The translations under genes and the position numbers were made by a program. DNA of 64,000 nt, from positions 94,986,001 through 95,050,000 of the forward strand of contig NC_045697.1 of NCBI RefSeq assembly GCF_009834535.1. Reading direction: 5' to 3'. Within the stretch, counting starts at the first letter, position 1; each line of letters starts with the position of its first letter. Positions 35,911-47,900 of this stretch are shown one piece after another. Below the pieces are notes generated by a model that did no database searches, was not told the DNA's origin, and was given only the letters and a program-made list of their open reading frames with translations. Source of the DNA: Camelus ferus. Its lineage: Eukaryota.

Positions 35911-38784
35911 AACCAAAATAATAGTTAACCTATCTCTTCTAGTTATTTTAAATTAGAGTTTATCTAATTGCCTTTATTTATATGTCTAGCATGTGTCAAG
36001 CAATTTTGTGTCTGGTATTGAATTTCACTATAATACATCTGAAGACATTTTAAGTTAAAACAGGAAGCCTGGCTTAAATCAGGTCATTTGTGATGCTTCT
36101 AATAAAAATAATTCAATGAAGTTGATAATTAGGTGATTGGACCATTTAAGAACTGCTAAGTTTGCTTATCTACACATAATGACAATGATCTGAAATCATA
36201 ATGTAGTCTTCTGACTGGTAGCTACAGAGTTTCTCTGAGCATTAATTGCAGATTCCCTTATAATTTCAGAATTGTCAAAATGTGAAGGAAAAAGACCTCT
36301 GTTTATGCTTGTGAAAATGTGTTAGTCTATTACAGTGACCAGGAAACATTTCTATACTCAAGACCAAGTAACAGATTTAGGCTAACTTGTAATAAGATTA
36401 ATTTGTGAAATCAACAAATATCATAGCTACAAAGCCCTAAAGACAGTAAAACACTGTGTTTTCTCAAGTGAATATGAAATGAAAAGAGAAACGTATACTT
36501 TTTAAATAGTTTTTCCCTTTTTGAAATTTAGTTGTACTTCAAATTATTTGCAATTTAAATTATCAGTCTCTTTTTAGCTGTCAGTTCTTTTTCCTCTCAG
36601 GAATTCAGCTAGTTAAGCACATCAAACCAGTAGTCTTTGTTCTTCAATCAGAATTAATCATTGCACATACTGCAGAGGTGGGTAAGTGGCCAATTGTAAA
36701 GTTATATATAACCCTCACTTTCTTTGCTTCATTTTGTTCTGTCTCCCGCAACTTTTAATTAGCTCCTTCAGTTTCAGGGTTTCTGTATTTCTTCCACTTT
36801 TTTATTACTTGATATTCTTTTGTATTTATTCTGTGTGTTTAGCAGTACACATTTATGAAGCTAACATTATGTAAAGGTAATGAGAGAGATGGATAATGCC
36901 ATAATTGGTTTTAAAACACTTTGGAGGGATTAGTGGATTTAATTTTATTTAGTTAATAAAACAAACTGTTTTCTATGCCATAATTTGCACAATATTTTGA
37001 AAGTTTCATATGTGAAATTGTTTTCTAAAGAATACTTAAATTTAAGTGGCAATATTTAAAATATAGATTGAATTTGTTGATGATTTCTTTAAAATTATTT
37101 TAATATTAACCAGGGATCACTTGAATTCTTAATAAATATATTTATGACTCACAATATTTAAATAAACTTTAAATAATTTTAACACATCAAATTCATAATA
37201 AACTAACAGTAAGAGATATTTTGTAATTTATTTGAGCTTTAGTAGTCGAAGGGTATGTCTGAAAACTGAAATTGTTGATATCAGTTGTATATAAATTGAT
37301 AAATTATATATGTTTAACATGAACAGTTTGTTCAGACCATCTTTAAATAAAATTATTTTTGCCTGAAATTTTAAGACATGTTAATGAACTTTTATTTTAA
37401 TAAGATTTTAATTAATTTAATTTTAATACATATGTGATTTCTACTTTTTCATATCAAGAGTCATTGCCCCTGAGTCTCCTTGCCAATAATTTTATAATAA
37501 TTTTTAAAAGGCATATTTTGAGTAGAGAATATAGTAGATTTATTGGTCCAATATATAATTTAGTTATAAGAGCAAGAAAATTAAAAAAATTCATAAGTAA
37601 ATCTTGGCTTTCTAGCAAGGATGACTGAAGAGTGATATTTGAGGTAAGAGATAAGAAAGTGAGAAAGTGAGGGTTCGTGGAGAGTAGATTCGGTTTTTAG
37701 ACGACAGCGTTTTATCTACATAGAAATGTCCAGCTAGAAGTTAGAAATCTGAATCTTCATCTAAGTGTAAAGTTCAGTGCCAAGAAAAGGTTAAAAAGGC
37801 AACTACTCAAACACTGTCCCTATGCGGGGTTTTCAGCTCTGTGCCCTGGGGTCTCCTTCACTGGCAACCAACTTGGCCTAAATTTTTATTTCTTGAGCCT
37901 GCACTCACTGGAAATGATTTTTGATGTCTCTTGCATACAGACATTTTCAGCTAGAGGTCCTTGAAGTTTCCTTTGTACATGTGGTTCAGTGTGACTCTTA
38001 ACAGATGTTTTCTCTCACTTCACTTCCCCACCCTTCCACATGGGAAATAATCAAAAACATATCAGATAAAGTTTCATCTACCCACCTCTGATATATACCA
38101 AGAACTTAGAATACAGCAGGCCTCAGAATATTTTAGGCAAGAAAAAAATAAAGCCAGTACGTAGTGTGATTTAGAAAGTAGTCAAGAAAGAGAGGGTAAC
38201 AACAATGGTCCAAGTAGAGGCGATGGTAGATGGAAATAATTGTGCAGACAGAGGGAGGCAGTGGGAAAGAATAAGGACATCTGAAAGAGAGAGGTTTTAC
38301 ATTCATATGCCATGTTTTAAAATTTGTAAACACCTAATATTTTTTAAATTTATCAATTTTTCCCTTGGGGGTTCCCTTGGATTAAAAACAAGGTGAACAT
38401 CCAACATTTTAATTTCCATTTTATTTGTGTATTTTGCCTCAAACTCTCATCCTGTAGGTATTTAATCTGGAAGCAAACGTTCATGTTTTAGCTTCCTTAA
38501 ATATGCTTCCATATATTTTTTAAAACCTCAGATGACTGTTTCTCTACTTAATATTTTCTTTTATTAGTACTAAGGGAGAGGAAAATTAATTAAAGACAGA
38601 AATTGTTTAGCACACAATATGTGGGTGAGAAGTAATTGTTATTAAATTTTCCAAGTAGAAGCAAAGAAAAAATACTAATGTTTTCTGATTTTAAAGGTAC
38701 ATATAAATGCTAAAATTATCAAATCAATGAAGAAATAAATTTAAGAATATTTAAAACATTTTGTATTTCACAAATCAGGTAGCT

Positions 38785-41000
38785 TATTTTTTAGTTGACT
38801 TTACTTTTTAGAGCATTAACAGTTTTACAGAAAAATTGCACAGCGAGTAGTGAGTTTCCAGATGCCTCCTCTACCCCAAACACTCAAAGTTCCCCCAGAT
38901 TAACATCTTGCATTAGTGGGGAACATTTCTTACAAACTTTGAACCAATATTGATACACTGTTATTAACTGAAGTACATAGTTTATATTAGGGTTTACTCT
39001 TTGTGTTGTACAGTTCTATGGGCTTTGTAAGTGAATCATCATGTTTCCATCATTAAGGTGTCATAGAGCATAGTTTCACCACTGTAAAATCCTCTGTGTG
39101 TCACCTGTTCATTCCTCTCTCCCTCCCCTTAAGCCCCTGGCAACCACTGATCTTTGTACTAACTCTACAGTTCCACCTTTCCAGAATGTCATATTGTTGA
39201 AATCACACAGTATGTAGCATTTTCAGACTGGCTGCTTTCAATTAGTAACATGCATTTCGGTTTTCCCATGTCTTTTCATAGGTTATTAGATTTTTTTTAT
39301 ATTGCTGAATAATACTGCATTGAATGCATGTACCATAGTTTGTTTTTTTTTATTCACCTATTGAAAAATTTCTTGGTTGCTTCCAGTTATTGGCAGTTAT
39401 GAATAAAACTTCTATAAATATTTTATCCAGGTTTTTGTGTGAAGATAACTTTTTAACTCAACTGAGTAAATGAATGAAACATATGGTAAGACTATGGTTA
39501 GCTTTGTAAGGAACTATCAAACTGTCTTCCAGAGTGGTTGTTCTATTTTACATTGTCACCAGCACTAAGTGAAAATTCTTATTGCTCTGTATCCTTGACA
39601 GCATTTGATGTCTTCAATGACATCACTGAATTTTTACCACTCAAATAGTTATGTAATGATATCTTGTTGTTTTAATTTACAATTCCATAATGACATGATG
39701 TTGAACACCTTTTCATATGCATATTGCTGCTGTCTGAGTGTCTTCTTTGGTGAGGTGTTTGTTCAGATCTTGTGCCCATTTTTAAACTGGGTTTCTTATT
39801 TTCTTATTATTGAGGTTTAAATGTTCTTTGTGTATTTTGGATACCAGTCCTTTACCAGATATGTGTTTTGTAGAGATTTTCCTTTTTCTGTTGCTTAATT
39901 TTTCATTTTCTTAACATTATTTTCACAGAGTAGAAATTTTGAATTTTATTGAAGTCTAAAATTTCAATTATTTCTTTCATTGATAGGACTTTTGGTGTTT
40001 TATTTAAAGAGTCATTTGAAATCCAAAGTCACCTTGATATATTCCCTAATTATCTTCCAAAAGTTCTACACTTTTGTATTTGCATTTAGGTTTATGATCC
40101 ACAGGGAGTTAGCTTTTTTTGCAAAAGGGGCAAGTTCTGTGTCTAGATTTATTTACTTTTTTTTTTATGAACTAGATTTTAGTTGTTCCAGTATCATTTA
40201 TTGAAAGGCTATCTCCTACTCATTGAATTACTTTTGCTCTTTGTCTGAGATTAGTTGAATATATATATGTGGCTCTATTTCTGGCATCTCTATTCTGTTT
40301 CATTTATTTGTCTATTCTTTCACTAATATATCATTTTGATGTTGTAGTTTTATAGTAAGTCTTGAAGTTGAGTAGTGTCACTCTGCTGACTTTTTATTCT
40401 TCAACATTGTGTTTCCAATTCTGGCCTTTTTTCCATAAAAAATTTATAATCATTTTTGTTGCTATCCACTGAGGTTTTCATTGGGATTCCATTAAATCTG
40501 TAGATCAGTGAGGAAAAAACTGATGCATAATAATACTGACTCTTCTTATCCATTAACATGGAATATCTCTTTATTCATTTAGATCACCTTTAATTTCTTT
40601 CATTGAAGTTTTGCAGTTTTCCTTGAACATATTTTGTTAGATTTATACCTGAGTATTTCCTTTAGTTTGGTTCCAAGGTAAATAGTACTTTATTTTAAAT
40701 TTCAAAACATATTAGCCTAGTATTCTGTAATCTTGCTGTAATCCCTTATTAGCTCTAGGAGTTCTTTTTGGGCTATTCATTGGGGTTTTCTAGTGAGACA
40801 ATCTTTTATCTGTGAATGAAGACTGTTTAATTTCTTCTTTCTCAGTGTGTACTTTTACTTCCTTGTCTTATTCCATTGACTAGGATTTCCAGTATTATAC
40901 AAAACTGGAGTGGTATAAAGGACATTTTTGCTTTCTTTCCAGTTTTATGGGGAAAGCATCTAGTTTCTCACCATTAAGAATGACATTAGCTAGAGGTTTC
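38785..41000 (-). mobile_element. L1MC (L1MC2-like) LINE-1
   Basis: Diagnostic 3'UTR 'attaacatcttgcattagtg...gaaccaatattgatacac...tagggtttactctttgtgttgtacagttctatggg' followed by antisense ORF2. Confidence 0.88.
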
Positions 41001-41449
41001 TATTTTCCTTTTTATAACTTCTCTTGCTTTACCTTAGCATTTTTTTATTATTCCAACTTAACTCATCAACTGACATTATTTAGACTTCTTTTTAAAATAG
41101 AAATAGTTTTTAGGTACTAGAAATATGTTAGTACTATAACAGAAAAAAATTTTAAATGTTAGAATAAAAGTTAAAATCATGCAAAACTTATATTAAAAAC
41201 TCACAATCTCTTCACCTCCAAAGAAGAATAAACTTTGAAAAAGATATAAATAAAAGCAATATGATAAATATGTGCTTCTCAGACATGGTTTGTCAGATAT
41301 GTAAAGGATCTTAGACAATCTCTAAGATGTAAAAAAGTAGTAAAATGATCACCATGAAACATTGCATGATTCATTTATTCAGATTTCCCAGAGAACTTTG
41401 AAAATTAGCTGAAGTAATCTATTATCTCTATATGTCACTTGGAACCAAA

Positions 41450-41835
41450 TGTATTATTTAGAGTATAGCTTAAGTTGCCTTAACAAAGAATTTCAAAACA
41501 TGCATTTTTAAATAGGACAGACATTTATCTTTATTCTCACATAGTTCAGACGAGAGGAAGCTGTAGTTTCATCAGTTCATTAAGGGTCTCAATCTTTCAA
41601 TCTTATTTCACATTCCTTATTAGTGCTGCCCATGTCTACACAGTCACGCCTTTTGTCACCACCACATATTGATTCCAGGTTCAGGGCAAATAACCTAAGA
41701 GTGAGTTACTTTACTTCTACTTGTATCTCACTAGCAAGAACTTTACTTCTACTTGTATTTCACGAGCAAGAACTTAATACTTAGTTGCAAAGGGAGACTG
41801 GGAAATAAGGTATTTAGCTAGGAAGTCATGTGCAT
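41450..41835 (-). mobile_element. MLT1J/K-like MaLR LTR
   Basis: 'acatttatctttattctcacatagttca' and 'cttagttgcaaagggagactgggaaat...tttagctagg'. Confidence 0.7.
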
Positions 41836-43559
41836 AACAAAGACTCACAAGCAGAGGATGGGGAATATACATCAGAAAATAAAAATAAGAGGATGGTAGA
41901 ATAAATCCAATTCTCACACCAAACATTTAATTTTAAAAATGAATCTATCTTTGTATGTATGTCGGTGTCTGTTTTAATAATAGAAAAACAGTAGAATTTT
42001 ATCAGTTGCAGGTGTTGAAAGATTAAATAAGTGAATATTACTTAGGGGTAAAGATTAAACTTTGAAGTATTAAATTATATTATATTCAAGTTTTCTATAA
42101 AGTGTAAGTCATATATATGATTTCTATATATATTAATATTAAATTATGTATATTTAATTATTTCCATTATATATGTAAGCACTATAGCCAGGTATTGAAA
42201 AACAGTAGTAGAAATATTAGTATTACTGATACTATAAAAATATGGGCAGCATTTATAATTCCTGCAGGTAGTACTCAGCAAGATTGACTAAGGCATCACT
42301 TATTTATTTTCTGTAATGTAGGTAAGGACTTCTGGCAAACTGGAAATTGAATATCAAATCTCTAAAATAAAACCTAATTATACAGAACAATTTTATTTTT
42401 TTCTCACTGTGAAATTATCTCAGTTTATTTAAGCTTGTAACTTTAGCAAAGATTATAGCTAAAAATACTAGAAGGAATATATATATATATAGTATACATA
42501 AATAAAACATATATATAAAATTCTGTACATATGTGTACATTCACACATTTGCAGACAAAATATCTGAATTAATTTATTCTAGGATAGGTAAATGTGGCAA
42601 AGAGCACTTAGAAGACTTAATGAGGCTAAATAAAATTAATTATGTTTGTATCCGTGGCATCAAGTTCCCCCAGACTGCCTCCTGGCATTGCAGAGACCTT
42701 GGCATATGTGAGCTTAGGTCATAATATTCAAAATCAAGGAGCTGACAGACCAAATTTTCTTCCTGAGATTTTGCTCATTAGCCAAACAGGAATGCTTAGG
42801 GCATCAGGTCACTCTGCTTGAATTCCTGAACAACACCTGACTTTGGGATCTGACCCCATGATAGCTCATTGAAAGTGTCTAAATACTTGTACGTGGTATT
42901 ATGGGCCACAGATGACAACTTAGGCAGAAGGATTTTTTTTTCTTCTTTCTGTCATGTATTTTTGACAGTTTTACAGTCTAACAGCAACCTTCAGATTCCA
43001 TCTTAACTTTTTGTTTGTTGCACTACCATAAACTTTGTTCGTCTGACTTTTTAAAGTTTCTTGTGGACATTACTACAACAATCTTTGATAAGTTTCAAAT
43101 TGGATGAAAATATTTACATATTAACTTGGGGAAGTAAAAACAGTTATATTAATTTTAAGATAAAGCATGTTTTCTTAAACAGCTGTTGTTATACATATTG
43201 AATTATTTGCAACATTGATTTATGATACTGTAAGTTTTCAGATTAATGTGCTGTTTTTCAGAATATATCTAATGCTCCTTACCATCTATGAAAAGAGGTG
43301 CTATTTAAGGGTGTTCATTGCTTTTAAACTGTACTATAAAGAGATAGAAATAAAAATACTCTGCATTCTCTTAGACTTATAGGAAAACATATAACTTAAG
43401 CCAAAAATAAATAGAACATTATAAAATCATATATGAGTCTTGTAAACTGTGTACAATCGGCAGAAATCCCCCACCCTGTCTCCCTTACTGTCCAACAGTG
43501 TATCCTCCCCTATTAAGTAAGGCAATCACAAGAGACCTAATTCAATTTCTCAATTCTAT

Positions 43560-45470
43560 AATAGTGAAATGCATGTGTCAATCTATCTCTTCCATTCTTT
43601 TTCCATTTGTAATAGAAGAAGTATTAGTTCTTATGTCAGAAATAATTTTTCTATTTGTGTTTTGGGACCTATTTTTTTTTTCCCTCACCAGCACACAATG
43701 GACAAACGTTTCTTGTCTATAATCAATTCTTTCTTTTAAGAGATGCCTTCCCATTAACAATTAAAGAGATATAGATCAATCCATTAAACAAACAACAGCA
43801 AAACAAATTCTACCCTGTGTTTTCTCTAACTAAATATCTCTTCATATACACAGTCATAATTATTGAGAAATTTATTTATACTCTTTGTCTCCATGACTTA
43901 CTACACAATTCAATGTATTCTGAAAACAGTACCCCCAATATAACTTAAATTTGTTTGTAAGAATCAGAAATGACCTCAGTATTACTAGTCAAGTGTGGAT
44001 TTTTTCAGTAATTTTCTCAACTTTCCCACTAGCAATATTTGAGATGTTCTTGACCAGTGCTTCATGCTCCAATACCTTAACTTCTGTCACAGCTTATTCA
44101 TAGTCATATATTCAGTTGTATACTGGAAATCTCCATTTGTGGGTTCATCACCAGTTGTGGGTTCTGGCTGGCAGAAGTCCCACCGAGATGGAATGAATTA
44201 CTCGAGACTCTGTGGAAAAAGTCAAGAGAACGAGAGGGAGTTGGGAGCCAACTCCACGAACCTCTCAAATGCTCCCACATTTATTGTGTACAATCAAAGG
44301 AGAAATCACTGACAGTTGTGTGATGGAATGCAGGAATTTAGGGAAAGACAGGGTGGGATCGAGATTGTAGAGTCTGGCTCAAGGTCAGAAGACCCTTTAT
44401 GTTTTGGTAAATCATGTTCATGTTGGCACCAGTGAGCCTTACAGTTTATCGGGGCGAAACGTATGAGAAGCAGCTGCTTATTAACATTTTTCTTGGACTC
44501 AGGCGGCTGTGCCTGTCTTAGGTTGCCCCACTCTGGGGATCTTACCTGTCATTGGCTAACCAGCCTTCTCACCTCTGAATCTGCAGCTTTCTATAACTTG
44601 TTTACCATTCCATCCCAAGACTTGTTGCTTTGGCCCCACAACCGGGGCCTACAGTTTATCTTTAGGGAAGTCATGGGAAGAGGGGAGCAAGATACATTCT
44701 TATAGATGTATTAAAGCAGACCACCAGACCAGCCAGTTCCTTGCTTTGGGGATAGAAGACTATCTAACAGCAGGCAAGCCCAGAGTTTATAGCCAAAGGC
44801 CTGGGTCGTTGTTTTGTAATGAGCAGAGTTGCTATCTAAAACCTCAACTATGCAAGCAAGGCAGTTACTAAGCACATTTGCTCTTCTTTAAGGAGACAAG
44901 CAGCTGGGGTCTGTTACAATTTGTTAACCCAATCATGGGCTCCAACATCCATTTGGACAGTTTTCAGGAAACTTTAAACAAGATGTCACCCTGCATTTCC
45001 CCACTGCTAACAAATCAGTCCCTTTGTGTGTGTGTTTTTAGTTTACTCTCCACTCAACTGCCCATGAAACCTGACTCATTGTTGACCCCATCTTTTACTC
45101 CCCTAACTCATGTTAAATAATCCATCAAAATTCTATTTCCTAAAGATAGTTCAAATCTCTTCACTTATATCCATCATCTCAGTTGCCAGCTTCACTTGGG
45201 TCACATATTTTATGATCTTGACTAATCTTGTATTTCATTCCTCCTACCATAGAGATTCTCAATAGCAATCTATTTCCTCACTGCATACGCATTAATCTTG
45301 CTAAAGTTCAAATGCAATTGTGTGATTCCACTTTTTAGTGGCTTCCCATTTTCTTTATCTGCAATGGTAACTTTAAAATCTTGTATTGAATTTCTGAAGT
45401 ATCTAGACCCAGCAGACATCTATAGCTTTTCCAAGTTTCCTCTTTATATCAATAACCCTTCTTCTACTGG
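43560..45470 (+). mobile_element. L2 LINE interrupted by a young LTR
   Basis: Removing the LTR restores 'ctggaaatctccatttggacag..aggaaactttaaacaagatgtc', matching L2 'ttgacatctccacttggatgtc...aaacttaacatgtc'. Confidence 0.7.
44138..44947 (-). mobile_element. Young solo LTR, probably ERVK/betaretrovirus-like
   Basis: TG...CA termini, a perfect 6-bp TSD 'tccatt' (44132-44137 and 44948-44953), a minus-strand AATAAA at about 44280, and many intact CpGs. Confidence 0.88.
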
Positions 45471-45479
45471 TTTACAAAT

Positions 45480-45780
45480 GTTCATAAGCACAACTCATAA
45501 GCTTCAATCCTTCCAACGTTCACTTCTATGGCAAACTTCATTTTTTTTTTACCTTAAATGTTAACATTTATTGTAGTACTTTATTTAACAAATGTAAAAC
45601 TATGCTACCACTTCTGCTAGATTCCTGTGTTTTTATTTTTTGGATATCACTGAAAACGTTTTTGAATCTTATGTCCTAACCTCACTTTCCCCAAAAGTTG
45701 TATGATTTTTATTGTGTAATTTTGCATAGTGTTGTGATTTTCAGGAATACATAGGTTGGATCATAAGAAAATTGACTACA
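45480..45780 (-). mobile_element. Tigger15a-like TcMar DNA transposon fragment
   Basis: 'ttttattgtgtaattttgcatagtgttgtgattttcaggaatacata...aattgact' matches the reversed Tigger15a 5' end. Confidence 0.7.
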
Positions 45781-47729
45781 CTATTATTTTTGTCATTTTA
45801 CATATGATAAAATAAGATGACTAACAAAATTCAATAATCTTTTTAACACTATGTAGTATTATAGAGCTCTTAGTGGAGGGGGACTAGCTCAAAAGTATAT
45901 TCATATAAGAAGTCATCATAAAATACATGTATTTTCACCATTTTATTATTGGCATCTATAAAGAATAAAGATTTTTAGTTGAATTAGTGAACAGAAGAGT
46001 TTAAACACAAAGTCAGAATGGAAGCATAATTCAGGAATCTTTAAACATATCTCTCAGGTTAATTTTCCTATTCTGAGTTCTTTGGTAACATATTGTTACT
46101 ATGTTTGTATTGTAAATTAAGGATTTGAACCATTATGTATCATTAAGTAAGAAATAAACTGATAGACTATTGCACATAGTGTGATGCTACTGGCAAGTTT
46201 ATATGAACAACACACACATCTATAAGCAAAAGACATATAACTTTTGCTGATATTTTTCTTTTTTACATCTGTGTGTTCCTTTACAATGTGAAACATTGTA
46301 AAGTAACACAATATTAACTCTTATTTATTTAGTTTCAACTTACTTGATTTAACTTCCAAGGATACAAAACACTTTTTAAGATGAGGTATTTATTTGCTTT
46401 AAATATTTCACTTGTTAAAAGATATTTTTACCTCAAAGGGAATGAATATCATGTTCAAGGTAATACATTTCTCATAAATGAATTCTAAAGGAGTTATATT
46501 TTCCATAGTGATGACATTCATGCTTCAGTACACTCTAAACATCAAATATTTTTCAGTTATTTAACCCCAAAATACATGCTGTTGAATTTTCAAAAGAAAT
46601 TATATATTATCTAAATATTTGAGTTTCCCAAAACTAATTGAATATTTTAGAGTTAAATATAAGGAGAAAAATGCATTTTAAAATATTTTCTATAGTACAA
46701 CGTTACTATCCAAGAAAATATTAGTTATTTGTTTATGAAGTAATATCAAAAGTGAATTTTATTGAAGGATTGCTAATATATGCTCATCAGTACTGTTACA
46801 TTACTTTTTGATAGAAACACTAGAGAGTCTCTATTTTAAAGAATGGTAACATAGAAGAACGATATAAAGAAGACAGAATAATTTCGTTAATTATTAAAGA
46901 AAAATATTTTGCATAGTTACTGGCTTATAGGTAGCTATATGAATTTGTAGTTCCTCCAATGGCCGTATTGTAGCAGTGAAGTGATCTGCCAAAGATTATT
47001 TTTTTTTTTCGTGTGTGAATGAAGTGTTGTAACAGGACACTGCAGAGATTCAGAGGGTAAGTGAAAAAACATTTAATGAAGTCATATTATAGCATAAGTA
47101 AATTTCATTTAATTTAAAAATTTGTAAATTTTGAAAGTTTTCCAAGACTCATAGCATTGAAAACAATTTAATTTAAAATCAGATACCTAGCTAATTTACT
47201 GGTTTATTTCTAGTACCTCACAAACATAAAGGATGGAAAAGATGCTGAGAGTAGCTTATTTCTACTTTAATTATTCCTGGTTTTGTTCTGTTTTGGAAGG
47301 CTTTTACGACCATTGGAGTTATGAGTCCTTTTGATAGTTTCTTCAGTAATCCCTAAAATGTATGAATATTAATACTAGAAAATAAGAGAATATATACATA
47401 TACAAACATACATTATATGTGTGTGTGTATATATGTAAATTAAATAATTTGGTATTCATTCTTAGTAAAAATTTTGAAATATAACTGTATATTAATGTAA
47501 CACATTTGATTACATTTAATATCACCCTTCGCCCCTCCCCAAAGTCTCTTTGAAATAGGGAGGAGGAATGTTTATGAATTCCTATTTTCCTAGCAATGTA
47601 CTGGGTACTGGAAAAAGAACCTGATTCAGATTATATTTTAGTTAGTATTAAGTCTGTATGCAATGCTGGTCTCTTCAGACATCTTATTTTTCCCCCACAA
47701 AATTACATTATTATGATATAAAACATCAT

Positions 47730-47900
47730 AGCATATGAAATCTGTAAATATAGATTCAAATATCATGTGAACCACTGACTGTGTGACTTTGAACAAGTTA
47801 CTTAGTTTCCTTAAGGCTCATATCCTCATTTGTAAGATGCATAAGGCAGCAGGTAATATATATAATATCTGAGTAGTTCATAGTAAATCCTCCTTAATGT
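47730..47900 (+). mobile_element. MIR fragment
   Basis: 'ccactgactgtgtgactttgaacaagttactta...tcctcatttgtaagatg'. Confidence 0.8.
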
